32,000 bases of DNA, from positions 2,886,543-2,918,542 of the forward strand of contig CP074573.1 of the NCBI GenBank assembly GCA_018394295.1, read 5' to 3'. The translations under genes and the position numbers were made by a program. Shown piece by piece: positions 9,342 through 19,594 of the stretch. Below the pieces are notes generated by a model that saw nothing but the letters and a program-made list of their open reading frames with translations, was not told where the DNA came from and searched no databases. How positions within the stretch are numbered: position 1 is the first letter of the stretch; every line of letters starts with the position of its first letter. The stretch is from Mycoplasmatota bacterium (GTDB lineage Bacteria > Bacillota_I > Bacilli_A > Haloplasmatales > Haloplasmataceae).

Positions 9342-9476
9342 CTTCCTCCATTAATTTTTTCCTCTATATTCAATTGTGATATATTCTTTAGTTTTCATAT
9401 TTAAACCTCGAAATTTTTATTACCAATGTAATTATATAAGATAACAAGATATTTTTAAAGTGTTTTATGAATATTT

Positions 9477-10286
9477 TTATCCTAAGGCAACATCTAATGT
9501 CATCATTATAGCAAATCCAGCAATCGCTCCTAGTGTTGCTATCTTAGCTTCTTTATTTGATTTAGATTCTGGAATTAATTCTTCTACAACCACATATATC
9601 ATTGCTCCAGCAGCAAAAGATAATGCATAAGGCAATAAATTTCTCATTGAAATAACTAGTACTGCTCCTATAATGCCCGCAATTGGTTCAACTATTCCTG
9701 ATAATTGACCGTACCAAAAACTTTTTTTTCTTGAAAGACCTTCTCTTCGCAATGGAACACTAACAGCTGCGCCTTCTGGAAAATTTTGTAAACCAATTCC
9801 TATTGCAAGCGCAATTGCACCATATAAAGTTGCTCCTTCTAATCCTAATTTTGCAGCACCAAAAGCAACGCCTATTGCAAGACCCTCAGGAATATTGTGT
9901 AAGGTAATCGCTAATACCAATAAAATACTACGATTCCAACTTGTAGGAAGACCTTCAGAATGCTTCATTTCATTATCAGCATGAATATGTGGTAAAAATA
10001 TATCAACAATTAGTAAAAAACCTGCACCTATTAAAAACCCTATTAAGGGTGGAATCCAAGGAATATTTCCATTCAATTCTGCAATATCTATTGCCGGTGC
10101 TAATAAAGACCAAAAAGAAGCAGCAATCATCACACCAGCACCAAATCCTAACATCATATCTAATACTTCTTTTTTGACATTTTTAAAAAAGAAAACTAAT
10201 GATGCACCACACATCGTCACAAAATAGGTAAATAAAGTTCCTAATAAGGCTAATGTAGGTGCATTAAACTGACTTAACCACTCCAC
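9477..10286 (-). CDS. ZIP-family divalent metal (zinc) permease
   Basis: Polytopic ORF with ZIP-type HNIPEGLA and NFPEG motifs. The track start ATG 10310 has no SD. GTG at 10284-10286 sits 8 nt after GGAG and gives an N-terminus (M)EWLSQFN... like other ZupT/GufA proteins. Confidence 0.85.
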   Translation of the reverse strand: MEWLSQFNAPTLALLGTLFTYFVTMCGASLVFFFKNVKKEVLDMMLGFGAGVMIAASFWSLLAPAIDIAELNGNIPWIPPLIGFLIGAGFLLIVDIFLPHIHADNEMKHSEGLPTSWNRSILLVLAITLHNIPEGLAIGVAFGAAKLGLEGATLYGAIALAIGIGLQNFPEGAAVSVPLRREGLSRKKSFWYGQLSGIVEPIAGIIGAVLVISMRNLLPYALSFAAGAMIYVVVEELIPESKSNKEAKIATLGAIAGFAIMMTLDVALG

Positions 10287-10428
10287 AAATATCACTCCAA
10301 TTATTTTCATCCAATATTAGTATATTGTTAATATTTATTATTTGATATTGTAGAATATGAATTGGGTACTTTCATTAGGACTATTTATTAAGTTCATTGA
10401 CTACTCCTATTTATTTATAAAAAGAAAA

Positions 10429-10459
10429 ATACCAAAGGAATCAGTAATTCCTTAGGTAT
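10429..10459 (-). terminator. Intrinsic terminator of fba
   Basis: Minus strand: AUACCUAAGGAAU-UACUG-AUUCCUUUGGUAU (one mismatch) followed by UUUUCUUUUU, about 22 nt after the fba stop. Confidence 0.65.
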
Positions 10460-10481
10460 TTTTTTTATTATTCTATCTTTA

Positions 10482-11348
10482 CTATAACAATTCGGAAGCT
10501 TTATTCGCACATCCAAAAACATCAATTTTATCTTTAACTACTTCAATAATTTCTTTAGCACCAGGACCAATTACTTTACGTGGGTCATAGACTTTCGTAT
10601 CTTTTGCTAATACTTCACGTACAACTTTTGTAAAGGCTAATTGATTTTCGGTATTAACATTAATTTTACTTGTTCCACACGCAATTGCTCTTTTTATTTG
10701 TTCATTAGGAATACCAGTACCACCATGTAAAACTAATGGTGAATTTGTCGCAACTTTAATTTCTTCCATTTCTGTAAATCCTAATTTAGGTTCACCAACA
10801 TAAGGTCCATGAACAGATCCTAATGCAGGTGCTAAACAATCAATATTTGTTTCAGTTACTAAACGAATACATTCTTCTTTATCAGCATAGCTAATACCAC
10901 CGATAATTCCATCTTCATTCCCACCAACTGTACCAATTTCAGCTTCTACTGATAAACCACGAGCATGTGCATATTCCACAACTTTTTTAGTTTCAGCAAT
11001 ATTTTCATCTATTGGATGATGAGAACCATCATACATAACTGAAGTAAATCCAGCTTCTGTTGCTTTTTTAATATTTTCAAATGTAGTTCCATGATCTAAG
11101 TGAATCGCTACAGGAACAGTTATTTCTAAATCTTTCATTAACCCTTTAACCATATTAACAACTGTATTATATCCACCCATATATCTTGCTGCACCTTCTG
11201 ATACACCTAAAATTACTGGTGCATTTTTTTCTTGTGATGCTGTCAAAATAGATTTAGTCCATTCTAAATTGTTAATATTAAATTGACCAACAGCGTACTT
11301 TCCTTCTTTTGCTTTTTCTAACATGATCTTCATATTCACTAATGGCAT
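10482..11348 (-). CDS. fba: Class II fructose-1,6-bisphosphate aldolase
   Basis: 288-aa ORF. ATG sits behind AAGGAGGA. N-terminus [27 protein letters not shown], with HLDHG and LVLHGGTG motifs. Confidence 0.93.
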   Translation of the reverse strand: MPLVNMKIMLEKAKEGKYAVGQFNINNLEWTKSILTASQEKNAPVILGVSEGAARYMGGYNTVVNMVKGLMKDLEITVPVAIHLDHGTTFENIKKATEAGFTSVMYDGSHHPIDENIAETKKVVEYAHARGLSVEAEIGTVGGNEDGIIGGISYADKEECIRLVTETNIDCLAPALGSVHGPYVGEPKLGFTEMEEIKVATNSPLVLHGGTGIPNEQIKRAIACGTSKINVNTENQLAFTKVVREVLAKDTKVYDPRKVIGPGAKEIIEVVKDKIDVFGCANKASELL

Positions 11349-11423
11349 AAAAAATCCTCCTTAATTTATTCATTATTATAATAACACTTTTTTTTACGTT
11401 TTAACATTAATTTGTTAAATTTT

Positions 11424-13028
11424 TTAGTCGTTTAAACTTTTTTTAGAAGCTTCAACAAAATCTCTAAATAATGGATGCGGTCTATTTGGTCTAGATGTAA
11501 ATTCTGGATGAAATTGACAAGCAACAAAAAATGGGTGATTGTCTATTTCAATTATTTCTACTAAATTTGTTTGCGGATTAAAACCTGAAAAAGTTAAACC
11601 TTTTTCTTCTAATAATTTTTTATATTGATTGTTAAATTCATAACGATGTCGATGACGTTCTTTTATTAATGTTTTATTATAGGATTTATAAGCTTTAGTT
11701 CCTTCTTTAATTTGACAGTCATATAAACCTAAACGTAGTGTTCCACCTAAATCAATTCCCTTATATTGATCTGGTAAATAATCAAAAATTGGATATGGCG
11801 TATTCTCATCCATTTCTGTGGAGTTCGCTTTTTTAAGATTCGCTACATTTCTTGCAAATTCAATCGTTGCAAGTTGCATTCCAAGGCATAATCCTAAGTA
11901 AGGAATTTTATTTTCTCTTGCATATTTAATTGCCTTCATTTTACCTTCAATCGCTCGAGCACCAAAACCACCTGGTACTAAAATACCCTGTACATTTTTT
12001 AAGTATTCATTGATGTTATCATCATTGATACACTCAGCATCAATCCACTTAATATTAACAATTAATTGATGGAAATAACCAGCATGCTTTAAAGCCTCAG
12101 AAACTGATAAATAAGCATCATGTAATTGGACATACTTTCCTACTAAAGCAATTGTAACTTCTTGTTTTAAACCTTTAACAGTTTTTACTAAATTTCTCCA
12201 TTCACTTAAATCAATATGAGGTACATTTAGTTGTAGATGTTTACATACATACTGATCTAATCCTTGTTTATGTAAATCTAATACGACTTCATATAATATT
12301 TGAACATCTCTAGCCTCAACAACAGCTTCTTTTTGTACATCGCAAAATAAGGCTATTTTATCTTTTACTTCATCCTCTATTGGAACTTCTGTTCTTAAAA
12401 TAATGACATCTGGTTGTATCCCTAAAGACCGTAATTCTTTTACACTATGTTGCGTTGGTTTCGTCTTTATTTCTCCAGCTGCTTTCAAATAAGGAACTAA
12501 TGTATTATGAATAAAACATGTATTATGTACACCTACATCTCTTCTTACTTGTCTAACTGCTTCCAAAAAAGGTAATGATTCTATATCACCTACTGTACCA
12601 CCTATCTCGGTGATAACGATATCTGCTTGACTTTCTTTGGCAACAGCAAATAGTTTATCTTTAATTTCATTTGTAATATGAGGAATTACTTGTACTGTCC
12701 TTCCCAAATATTCCCCTTGTCTTTCTTTGTTAATGACTGATTGATAAATTTTACCTGTAGTTATATTGGCATTTTTAGTTAAATTTTCATCGATAAATCG
12801 CTCGTAATGTCCTAAGTCAAGATCTGTTTCAGCACCATCTTTGGTAACGAAAACCTCTCCATGTTGATAAGGACTCATAGTACCTGGATCTACATTTATA
12901 TATGGATCAAACTTTTGCATAAATACCTTTAACCCACGATCTTTAAGTAGACGCCCCAAAGAAGCAGCAGAAATACCTTTTCCTAACGACGATACAACTC
13001 CACCAGTTACAAATATGTATTTAGTCAT
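11424..13028 (-). CDS. pyrG: CTP synthase
   Basis: 534-aa ORF. ATG sits behind GGAGGTG. N-terminus [19 protein letters not shown], with a C-terminal glutamine amidotransferase domain (GLCLGMQ). Confidence 0.96.
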   Translation of the reverse strand: MTKYIFVTGGVVSSLGKGISAASLGRLLKDRGLKVFMQKFDPYINVDPGTMSPYQHGEVFVTKDGAETDLDLGHYERFIDENLTKNANITTGKIYQSVINKERQGEYLGRTVQVIPHITNEIKDKLFAVAKESQADIVITEIGGTVGDIESLPFLEAVRQVRRDVGVHNTCFIHNTLVPYLKAAGEIKTKPTQHSVKELRSLGIQPDVIILRTEVPIEDEVKDKIALFCDVQKEAVVEARDVQILYEVVLDLHKQGLDQYVCKHLQLNVPHIDLSEWRNLVKTVKGLKQEVTIALVGKYVQLHDAYLSVSEALKHAGYFHQLIVNIKWIDAECINDDNINEYLKNVQGILVPGGFGARAIEGKMKAIKYARENKIPYLGLCLGMQLATIEFARNVANLKKANSTEMDENTPYPIFDYLPDQYKGIDLGGTLRLGLYDCQIKEGTKAYKSYNKTLIKERHRHRYEFNNQYKKLLEEKGLTFSGFNPQTNLVEIIEIDNHPFFVACQFHPEFTSRPNRPHPLFRDFVEASKKSLND

Positions 13029-13075
13029 AGAACACCTCCGGTTTGATATACATATTATTAATTTTTTCGAAAATC

Positions 13076-13105
13076 AAAAAAAAATGCTTTCCTTTTAAGG
13101 AAAGC
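13076..13105 (-). terminator. pyrG leader attenuator / rpoE terminator
   Basis: Minus strand: GCUUUCCU-UAAA-AGGAAAGC (13086-13105), then A and nine U (13076-13084). It lies inside the predicted pyrG leader, 19 nt after a GGGC start. Confidence 0.65.
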
Positions 13106-13123
13106 GTAAATTTTTCGAGTGCC

Positions 13124-13159
13124 CTTATATATATTATCAAATTTAGTGGTAATATTCAA
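13124..13159 (-). promoter_or_regulatory. Putative pyrG promoter with GGGC initially transcribed sequence
   Basis: Minus strand: TTGAAT (13154-13159), 17 nt, TAATAT (13131-13136), 6 nt, then GGGC (13124-13121). It begins 8 nt after the rpoE stop. Confidence 0.5.
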
Positions 13160-13166
13160 CCATTTT

Positions 13167-13547
13167 TTATAAGTCTTCATCACCATCATAATCTTCTTCG
13201 AAATCTTCTTCGATTTCTTCTTCATCTAAATCTTCTACATCTTCCTGATTTCCTAAGTTATCAACACCACTTGAACTTTCAGAATCAAATATAAATTGAT
13301 TTTCAAAAACATCATATTTTTGTCTGTTTTTTAAATCCCATTTATCGCTACTTACATTAACAAATTTACCACTTAATGTTAAGTCTGCATAAAAACGAGT
13401 AACTCGTTGTCTTAACTCATCTTCAGTTAATCCCATTAATTCACTTACTTCTTGAGCTATCTTTTTAAAAGATTGTGGTGTTTTTTTTCTTAGCATTAAA
13501 TTTTCTGCTACTTCTAGCATTGACATGTTTGAAAAATTTTGAGTCAT
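13167..13547 (-). CDS. rpoE: RNA polymerase delta subunit
   Basis: The track ORF extends to 13595, but ATG 13545-13547 sits 6 nt after GGAGGA. 126 aa with an N-terminal HARE-HTH-like region (MSMLEVAENLM...FYADLTLSGKF) and a strongly acidic D/E tail, as in Bacillus RpoE. Confidence 0.85.
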   Translation of the reverse strand: MTQNFSNMSMLEVAENLMLRKKTPQSFKKIAQEVSELMGLTEDELRQRVTRFYADLTLSGKFVNVSSDKWDLKNRQKYDVFENQFIFDSESSSGVDNLGNQEDVEDLDEEEIEEDFEEDYDGDEDL

Positions 13548-13569
13548 AATAAGTCCTCCTATTTTTAAT

Positions 13570-15231
13570 TTACATCTTATCCGGTGCACTAACACCTATT
13601 ATACTTAATGCATTACGAAGCGTAATTTGAGTGGCTTTAATAAGTGCTAGTAGTTGTTTTGTTTTTTCTATATTTTCTTCATTAATAACTTTTTCAGCAT
13701 TATAAAAGCTATGAAAAGCTTGGGCTAACTCATTAATATAAAGCGTCATTCTATGAGGTGCTCTTTTAATGGCTGAATCAATAATTGATTTTGGAAATTC
13801 AGCTAATTTTTTCAGTACATCAAAAGCTTTTTCTGAATTAATATGATTATAATCATCTAATAAAACATAATTTATTTTCTTTTCATCTGCTTGCTTTAAG
13901 ATACTACCTATTCTAGCGTGAGCATACTGAGCATAATACACTGGGTTTTCATTCGATTTTTTGGTAGCTAAATCAATATCAAAATCCATTTGTGAATCAC
14001 CACTTCTCATCGCAAAGAAATATCTAATAGCATCTACTCCTACCTCATCAATTAAGTCACGAATCGTAAGTGCTTTTCCAGATCGTTTTGACATTTTATA
14101 TTCTTCACCATTTTTAATTAAGCGAACCATTTGTATAATAAGTACTTCAAGCTTTTCTGAATCGCCAGATAAACACTCAATACTTGCTTTTAATCTTGGA
14201 ATATATCCATGATGATCAGCACCTAGAATATCGATTAACTTATCATAGCCTCTTTCTAACTTATCAATATGATATGCAATATCAGGTGTTAAATATGTCA
14301 AAGTTTTATCAGTTTTTCTTAATACACGGTCTTTATCATCACCAAAAGCAGTTGATTTAAACCAGGTAGCACCTTCGTGTTCATAAATATAACCTTTAGC
14401 ATCTAATTTAGTAATCGCTGTTTCAACTTTTTTTTCATCATATAATGCTTGTTCACTAGACCATACATTAAATGTGACATTAAATGTTTCTAAATCCTTT
14501 TTGATTTTCTCTAATTCAACTTTTTTCGCATATTCTCTAAATAGTTGATATCTTTCATTTGAATCATTTAAATATTTGTCACCATATTTTTCCACTAATT
14601 CTTTTGCGATGTTAATAATATCTTGACCATAATACCCATCTTCTGGCATGGTAGATTCTTTCCCTAGTAATTGTTCATAACGACAAATGGTTGATAAAGC
14701 TAAATTATGAATCTGATTACCTGCATCATTAATATAATATTCTCTTGCAACAATATAACCAGCTTTCTCTAATACTCTACATAAAGTATCACCAATAGCT
14801 GCACCTCTAGCGTGACCAATATGTAAATCACCAGTTGGATTAGCAGATACAAATTCAACATTAACTTTTGTTTGATTTCCATAATTGGTTTTTCCATAGG
14901 CTTCATCTAGTACTATTACATCTTTAATAATTTGAGTTAAATAATGATTATTCATATAGAAATTAATGAATCCTGGTCCAGCAATTTCAATTCTTTCTAC
15001 ATTATATTTTTCTTTATGAAATTTTTCTACAATTTCTTTCGCAATTATTTTTGGTGATTTACGAAAATCTTTAGCTAATTGCATTGCACAGTTGGTAGAA
15101 TAATCTCCATTTATTTTTTCTTTAGGCTCTTCTAAAATAATATTTAGAGATTGATTTGTACAACCTAAATCGATAATAATTTGCTTCAAATGTTTTTTTA
15201 TATCTTCTTGTAAACTTAATATTTTATTCAT
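13570..15231 (-). CDS. argS: Arginine-tRNA ligase
   Basis: The track ORF extends to 15303. ATG 15229-15231 sits 9 nt after AAGGAG. Has the class I HIGH motif ([14 protein letters not shown]) and KMSK (YKMSKRSG). 553 aa. Confidence 0.95.
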   Translation of the reverse strand: MNKILSLQEDIKKHLKQIIIDLGCTNQSLNIILEEPKEKINGDYSTNCAMQLAKDFRKSPKIIAKEIVEKFHKEKYNVERIEIAGPGFINFYMNNHYLTQIIKDVIVLDEAYGKTNYGNQTKVNVEFVSANPTGDLHIGHARGAAIGDTLCRVLEKAGYIVAREYYINDAGNQIHNLALSTICRYEQLLGKESTMPEDGYYGQDIINIAKELVEKYGDKYLNDSNERYQLFREYAKKVELEKIKKDLETFNVTFNVWSSEQALYDEKKVETAITKLDAKGYIYEHEGATWFKSTAFGDDKDRVLRKTDKTLTYLTPDIAYHIDKLERGYDKLIDILGADHHGYIPRLKASIECLSGDSEKLEVLIIQMVRLIKNGEEYKMSKRSGKALTIRDLIDEVGVDAIRYFFAMRSGDSQMDFDIDLATKKSNENPVYYAQYAHARIGSILKQADEKKINYVLLDDYNHINSEKAFDVLKKLAEFPKSIIDSAIKRAPHRMTLYINELAQAFHSFYNAEKVINEENIEKTKQLLALIKATQITLRNALSIIGVSAPDKM

Positions 15232-15643
15232 ATTCTTCAACTCCTTTAATATATACTTGCATTTGATAATTCCCAACCACATGATCATCAAATAAAATAT
15301 CATAATCTAAATAAATATTTTCATCAGAAAAATCATATTGATTCGTAAAAGTGGTTATTTCAGATGACACATATTCATTATTATAGAATCCCTTTGTTAG
15401 TTCTTTTTCAATATAAGGTTGTTTCATCCTAACTGAACCATTTCTAATGATAACTATCTGTTTTTCATCACATATTAACATTAATTGATTATATTTATTA
15501 TTTTCCATTGATGGTTCCTTAAACTTGATGAAGGTTTTCTTATTCATAACATACCTTTTGCCTATTTCATTAAACTGAATTTCATGTTTTTGACCTTCAT
15601 TAATTATATTCATTTTAAAATTGATATTTATTTTTTCATGCAT
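15224..15643 (-). CDS. DUF1934 (YwiB-like) beta-barrel protein
   Basis: 139-aa ORF. ATG sits behind GGTGA. Its stop overlaps the argS start by 8 nt. Size, position directly upstream of argS and alternating beta-strand pattern match Bacillus ywiB-type DUF1934. Assignment is from memory. Confidence 0.6.
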   Translation of the reverse strand: MHEKININFKMNIINEGQKHEIQFNEIGKRYVMNKKTFIKFKEPSMENNKYNQLMLICDEKQIVIIRNGSVRMKQPYIEKELTKGFYNNEYVSSEITTFTNQYDFSDENIYLDYDILFDDHVVGNYQMQVYIKGVEEYE

Positions 15644-15886
15644 AAAATCACCATATAAAGATAATTAACAATATATAAATTATATATATTATTTTAAAAA
15701 AATCAACAATTTAGTGTAATTATTATAAATTTTTTTTAACAAGGAGCAAACTCATCTGTTCGCTATAATATTCTTAATACAACTATTATAATCTCAAATG
15801 TCTATTTTATTCAAATTAAATGATACTTTTTTTGACTATTGTTGACAATTATAACTAATAAATCAAAAATCGTTTGTAAATATCTT

Positions 15887-17599
15887 TTATGAGATAGCTT
15901 TATATAAATCAGCATAGTATCCATTCCTACTAACTAGTTTTTGATGTGTTCCTCTTTCAGATATACCTTTATCATCCAACACGATGATTTCATTCACATT
16001 TTTTAGGGTAGATAAACGATGAGCAATAATTATACAAGTTCTTTCCAATGATAATTCCTCAAGTGCTTCTTGAATTTTTCTTTCAGTGATTGTATCTAAT
16101 GAAGATGTTGCTTCATCAAGTATAAGTATTGGAGGATTTTTTAAGAATACACGAGCAATTGATATTCTTTGTTTTTGTCCCCCAGATAATTTAACACCAC
16201 GTTCACCTGTTATTGTATCATAACCCTTTTCTAAAGAAATGATAAACTCATGAATTCTTGCTTTTTTAGCAGCTTCAATTACTTCTTCCATTGTTGCTGA
16301 GGGATTACCATACATAATATTTTCTTTTATTGTTCCATAAAAAATATAAACATCTTGTTGAACATGACCAATCGCTTTTCTTAAAGTATTTAAATCATAG
16401 TTTTTAATATTAATACCATCTACTAGTATTTCACCTTCAGTCACATCATAAAATCTTGGGATTAATTGAGAAATGGTTGATTTACCAACACCTGTTTCTC
16501 CTACTAAACCGATACTTTCACCTTTTTGAATAGATAAATTAAAATTTTTTATCACATATTTTTCATGATTAGTATACTTAAAACTAACATTTTTGAACTC
16601 AATAACACCTTTTGGATCTTTTAATATTACTGGATTAAGGGGATTTTGTATAACAGGTTCCATGTTCATAATTTCATAAAATCTTTCAATACCAGCAAGT
16701 CCAGTTTGAATTTGTTGAATTGAATTCATTAAACGTCTAATCGGTTGAATTGTATTATTAATATATAAGATAGAAGCAATTAAAATACCATCTAATATAT
16801 TACCTGTATATAATAAATATCCTCCAATTAATAGAAAGGATAAATTGAAAAGGTTTATAATAAAATCATTACCCGTTATGAAAATTGTCATTGCCTTATA
16901 AGCCCCACTCCAACTATCACGATACTTGGCATTGTTTTTATTAAATTTATCATATTCATACAATTCATTTGTAAATGATTGTGATAATCTAATTCCACCA
17001 ATTGAACTTTCAATCTGAGAATTAATTTCAGCATGTTCAACACGTACTTTTCTAAATCCATTTAACATTGCTTTTCTTCTTATAATAGAAAAGACTATCA
17101 ATATAACAACATAAGTTAAAGCAACTAAAAACAAACGATAATCATACGTAAATAAAATTGTTAATGAACCAATAAGCATTATTATGGAAATAAAAATATC
17201 TTCAGGAACATGATGTGCCATTTCCCCAACATCCCTAATATCAGCAACTAATCGGTTCATAATCATCCCTGTTTTATTATCATCAAAATATGAAAAATTT
17301 AGTGTTTCTATTTTTTTAAAAAGATCATTACGCATATCATATTCAATACGTGTCCCCATAATATGACCCCAATAATTGACGATTACTTGTAATATAACCT
17401 TAAACAAATAAAGTGCTAGTAAAATAGAAGCAACAGTCAACATCATTCTCATGTTTTTATCAGGAATGTAATCATCGATTAATTTTCTTGTAACTGCAGG
17501 AAACAATAAATCTAAACCTGCAATTAATAATGCTGCAAACATATCAAGAATAAATAATACCATATGATTCTTGTAATAACTTATGAATTTTTTTATCAT
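15887..17599 (-). CDS. ABC exporter, fused permease/ATPase (MdlB/MsbA type)
   Basis: The track ORF extends to 17680. ATG 17597-17599 sits 6 nt after GGAGG. N-terminal 6-TM domain, Walker A GETGVGKST, signature LSGGQKQR, Walker B ILILDEATS. Confidence 0.9.
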   Translation of the reverse strand: MIKKFISYYKNHMVLFILDMFAALLIAGLDLLFPAVTRKLIDDYIPDKNMRMMLTVASILLALYLFKVILQVIVNYWGHIMGTRIEYDMRNDLFKKIETLNFSYFDDNKTGMIMNRLVADIRDVGEMAHHVPEDIFISIIMLIGSLTILFTYDYRLFLVALTYVVILIVFSIIRRKAMLNGFRKVRVEHAEINSQIESSIGGIRLSQSFTNELYEYDKFNKNNAKYRDSWSGAYKAMTIFITGNDFIINLFNLSFLLIGGYLLYTGNILDGILIASILYINNTIQPIRRLMNSIQQIQTGLAGIERFYEIMNMEPVIQNPLNPVILKDPKGVIEFKNVSFKYTNHEKYVIKNFNLSIQKGESIGLVGETGVGKSTISQLIPRFYDVTEGEILVDGINIKNYDLNTLRKAIGHVQQDVYIFYGTIKENIMYGNPSATMEEVIEAAKKARIHEFIISLEKGYDTITGERGVKLSGGQKQRISIARVFLKNPPILILDEATSSLDTITERKIQEALEELSLERTCIIIAHRLSTLKNVNEIIVLDDKGISERGTHQKLVSRNGYYADLYKAIS

Positions 17600-17630
17600 A
17601 TTTAACCTCCATTCATACAAAAGAGACAAG

Positions 17631-17834
17631 TTACTTACCTGTCTCAGAAATATTAGTGACTTTTTTAAGCTTTCTTTCAAATTCTGTACGTGGCATTAAA
17701 ATACTTCTACCACATTTTAAACATTTTATTCTAATATCAGCACCCATGCGGATGATTTGCCACTTGTTTTCACCACAGGGATGTGCTTTTTTCATGACGA
17801 CAATATCATTTAAATTAAATGATTTATCTTGCAT
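17631..17834 (-). CDS. DUF951 family small protein
   Basis: 67-aa ORF. ATG sits behind GAGGTG. Contains HPCG...CLKCGR cysteine pairs and sits just downstream of spo0J, as for Bacillus yyzM-type DUF951. Confidence 0.65.
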   Translation of the reverse strand: MQDKSFNLNDIVVMKKAHPCGENKWQIIRMGADIRIKCLKCGRSILMPRTEFERKLKKVTNISETGK

Positions 17835-17846
17835 TTTTACACCTCA

Positions 17847-18734
17847 CTAATCAACTAAATTTGCGATTTCATCTAAAGTCATGACTTTTAGAATTCGATT
17901 TAAATCTTCTGAATTGCTAAAATCAATAACCAGTTTTCCTCCCATTTCTTTAGAGAGGATTTTGATTGATGTTCCAAATTTATTCATTAATTGCTCTTCA
18001 AGATAAATTAAATTGACATCTCTTTCTACTTTTTTAGGTTTTTTTATTTGATTTTCTGATTTATTATCTTCTTTAATTAATTGTTCTAACGCACGAACTG
18101 AAAGATTTTCTTCTTTAATTTTATTAGCTAAATCTAATATTTGTTTCTCATCATTTAAACCAGCTAATACCTTAGCGTGTCCAAAATCAATAGATCCTTC
18201 ATTAAGCATATTTTGAATATCTTCAGATAAATTTAATACACGTAATACATTTGTAATATGTGCTCTACTTTTCCCTATTCTTTCAGCAACTTCTTGTTGT
18301 GTTAAAGAATATTCATCAATTAACATTTTATATGCTAAAGCTTCTTCAACAACTGTTAAATCTTCTCTTTGTAAATTCTCTAATAGTGCAATTTCAGCCA
18401 TGATTTGTCTGTTTATTTCACGAATAATAGCCGGTATTGTCTTTAAACCTAACTTACAACAAGCTTTATATCTTCGTTCACCAGCAACAATATAATAACC
18501 TATACCATCTTTAATTTTTGTGATGATAATTGGTTGAAATACACCATGTTCTTTAATTGATTGCGCTAATTCTTCAATTTTTTCTTCATCGAATATTTTT
18601 CTTGGTTGAAAAGGATTCCTTTTTAAATCTTTTAATGGAACTTCATTTATTTGTTCATTATCTTGTCTTTCTTCATCAAAATTTAAATTATCTTTAAATA
18701 ACGCATCTAGTCCTTTACCTAAACGACTACTCAT
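17847..18734 (-). CDS. parB: Chromosome partitioning protein ParB/Spo0J
   Basis: 295-aa ORF. Has the ParB N-terminal box PFQPRK...VFQPIII...GERRYKA and an HTH (TQQEVAERIGKSRAHITN). Overlaps soj by 8 nt. Confidence 0.9.
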   Translation of the reverse strand: MSSRLGKGLDALFKDNLNFDEERQDNEQINEVPLKDLKRNPFQPRKIFDEEKIEELAQSIKEHGVFQPIIITKIKDGIGYYIVAGERRYKACCKLGLKTIPAIIREINRQIMAEIALLENLQREDLTVVEEALAYKMLIDEYSLTQQEVAERIGKSRAHITNVLRVLNLSEDIQNMLNEGSIDFGHAKVLAGLNDEKQILDLANKIKEENLSVRALEQLIKEDNKSENQIKKPKKVERDVNLIYLEEQLMNKFGTSIKILSKEMGGKLVIDFSNSEDLNRILKVMTLDEIANLVD

Positions 18735-19491
18735 TATACTTCTTCACTTCCTCTGCTAACTTTAAATAGACTTTAGCCCCTTTAGAATTTGGTGCATAAT
18801 CAATAATTGGAAGTCCGTGCGATGGTGATTCTGCCAAGTGCACATTACGTGGGATAATGGTAGAATACACTTTTTCACGGAAAAATGTTTTTACTTCTTT
18901 AGTTACTTCAATCCCTAAATTAGTTCTTGCATCAAACATCGTTAATAAAACACCTTCTAATGCTAAATTACTATTAAGATATTTTTGTGTAATTCTAATA
19001 GTATTTAATAATTGTGTTAGTCCTTCTAAAGCATAATATTCACATTGAACAGTGATAATAACAGAATCAGCAGCAGTAAGTGCATTAATTGTTAAAAGTC
19101 CTAAAGAAGGTGGACAATCAATAATAATATAATCATATTGTTCTTTATATTTTCTAATCGCATTACTTAGGCGATACTCTCTACTTTGAATGCCAACTAA
19201 TTGTACTTCAGCACCAGCTAAATCCATAGTAGATGGAATAATATCTAAATTGCTTGTTCTTGTCTTAATAATAAGATCATCTGCATCAATTTGGTCAATT
19301 AATATATCATATACACTTTTTTTTAGTTCCCCACGATTTATTCCAATACCAGTTGTGGCATTTCCTTGAGGATCTATATCAATAATTAATACTTTATCTC
19401 CCAGACGGTTTAAACTTGCTGCCAAATTAATACTTGTTGTTGTCTTTCCTACCCCACCTTTTTGATTAGCAATCGCAATTATTTTACCCAT
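18727..19491 (-). CDS. soj: Chromosome partitioning ATPase ParA/Soj
   Basis: 254-aa ORF. ATG sits behind AAGGAG. Has the deviant Walker A NQKGGVGKTTT and is full-length Soj-like. Confidence 0.93.
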   Translation of the reverse strand: MGKIIAIANQKGGVGKTTTSINLAASLNRLGDKVLIIDIDPQGNATTGIGINRGELKKSVYDILIDQIDADDLIIKTRTSNLDIIPSTMDLAGAEVQLVGIQSREYRLSNAIRKYKEQYDYIIIDCPPSLGLLTINALTAADSVIITVQCEYYALEGLTQLLNTIRITQKYLNSNLALEGVLLTMFDARTNLGIEVTKEVKTFFREKVYSTIIPRNVHLAESPSHGLPIIDYAPNSKGAKVYLKLAEEVKKYNE

Positions 19492-19556
19492 TTTTATGCT
19501 CCTTTTATCAATATTATATTAATATTTTATCACAGATAATGGTAAAAAGATAGTAG

Positions 19557-19594
19557 AAAAACAAAAAGTTATCCACTTTTTGTGGAAAACTTTT
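19557..19594 (-). terminator. Intrinsic terminator of noc built from DnaA-box-like arms
   Basis: Minus strand: AAAAGUUUUCCAC-AAAAA-GUGGAUAACUUUU (12 of 13 pairs) followed by UGUUUUUC. It starts 16 nt after the noc stop. Confidence 0.6.

Noticed and set aside
15644-15886. T-box or other leader upstream of DUF1934-argS; several promoter-like hexamer pairs (e.g. TTGTCA-17-TATCAT at 15820-15848, TTGAAT-18-TATAAT at 15785-15814); weak hairpin AGCGAAC-AGATGA-GTTTGCT
   Set aside because: There is no GGGUGGUACCGCG motif or Stem I elements. The hairpin has no U-tract. Multiple overlapping promoter-like matches in about 85 percent A+T DNA cannot be distinguished without data.
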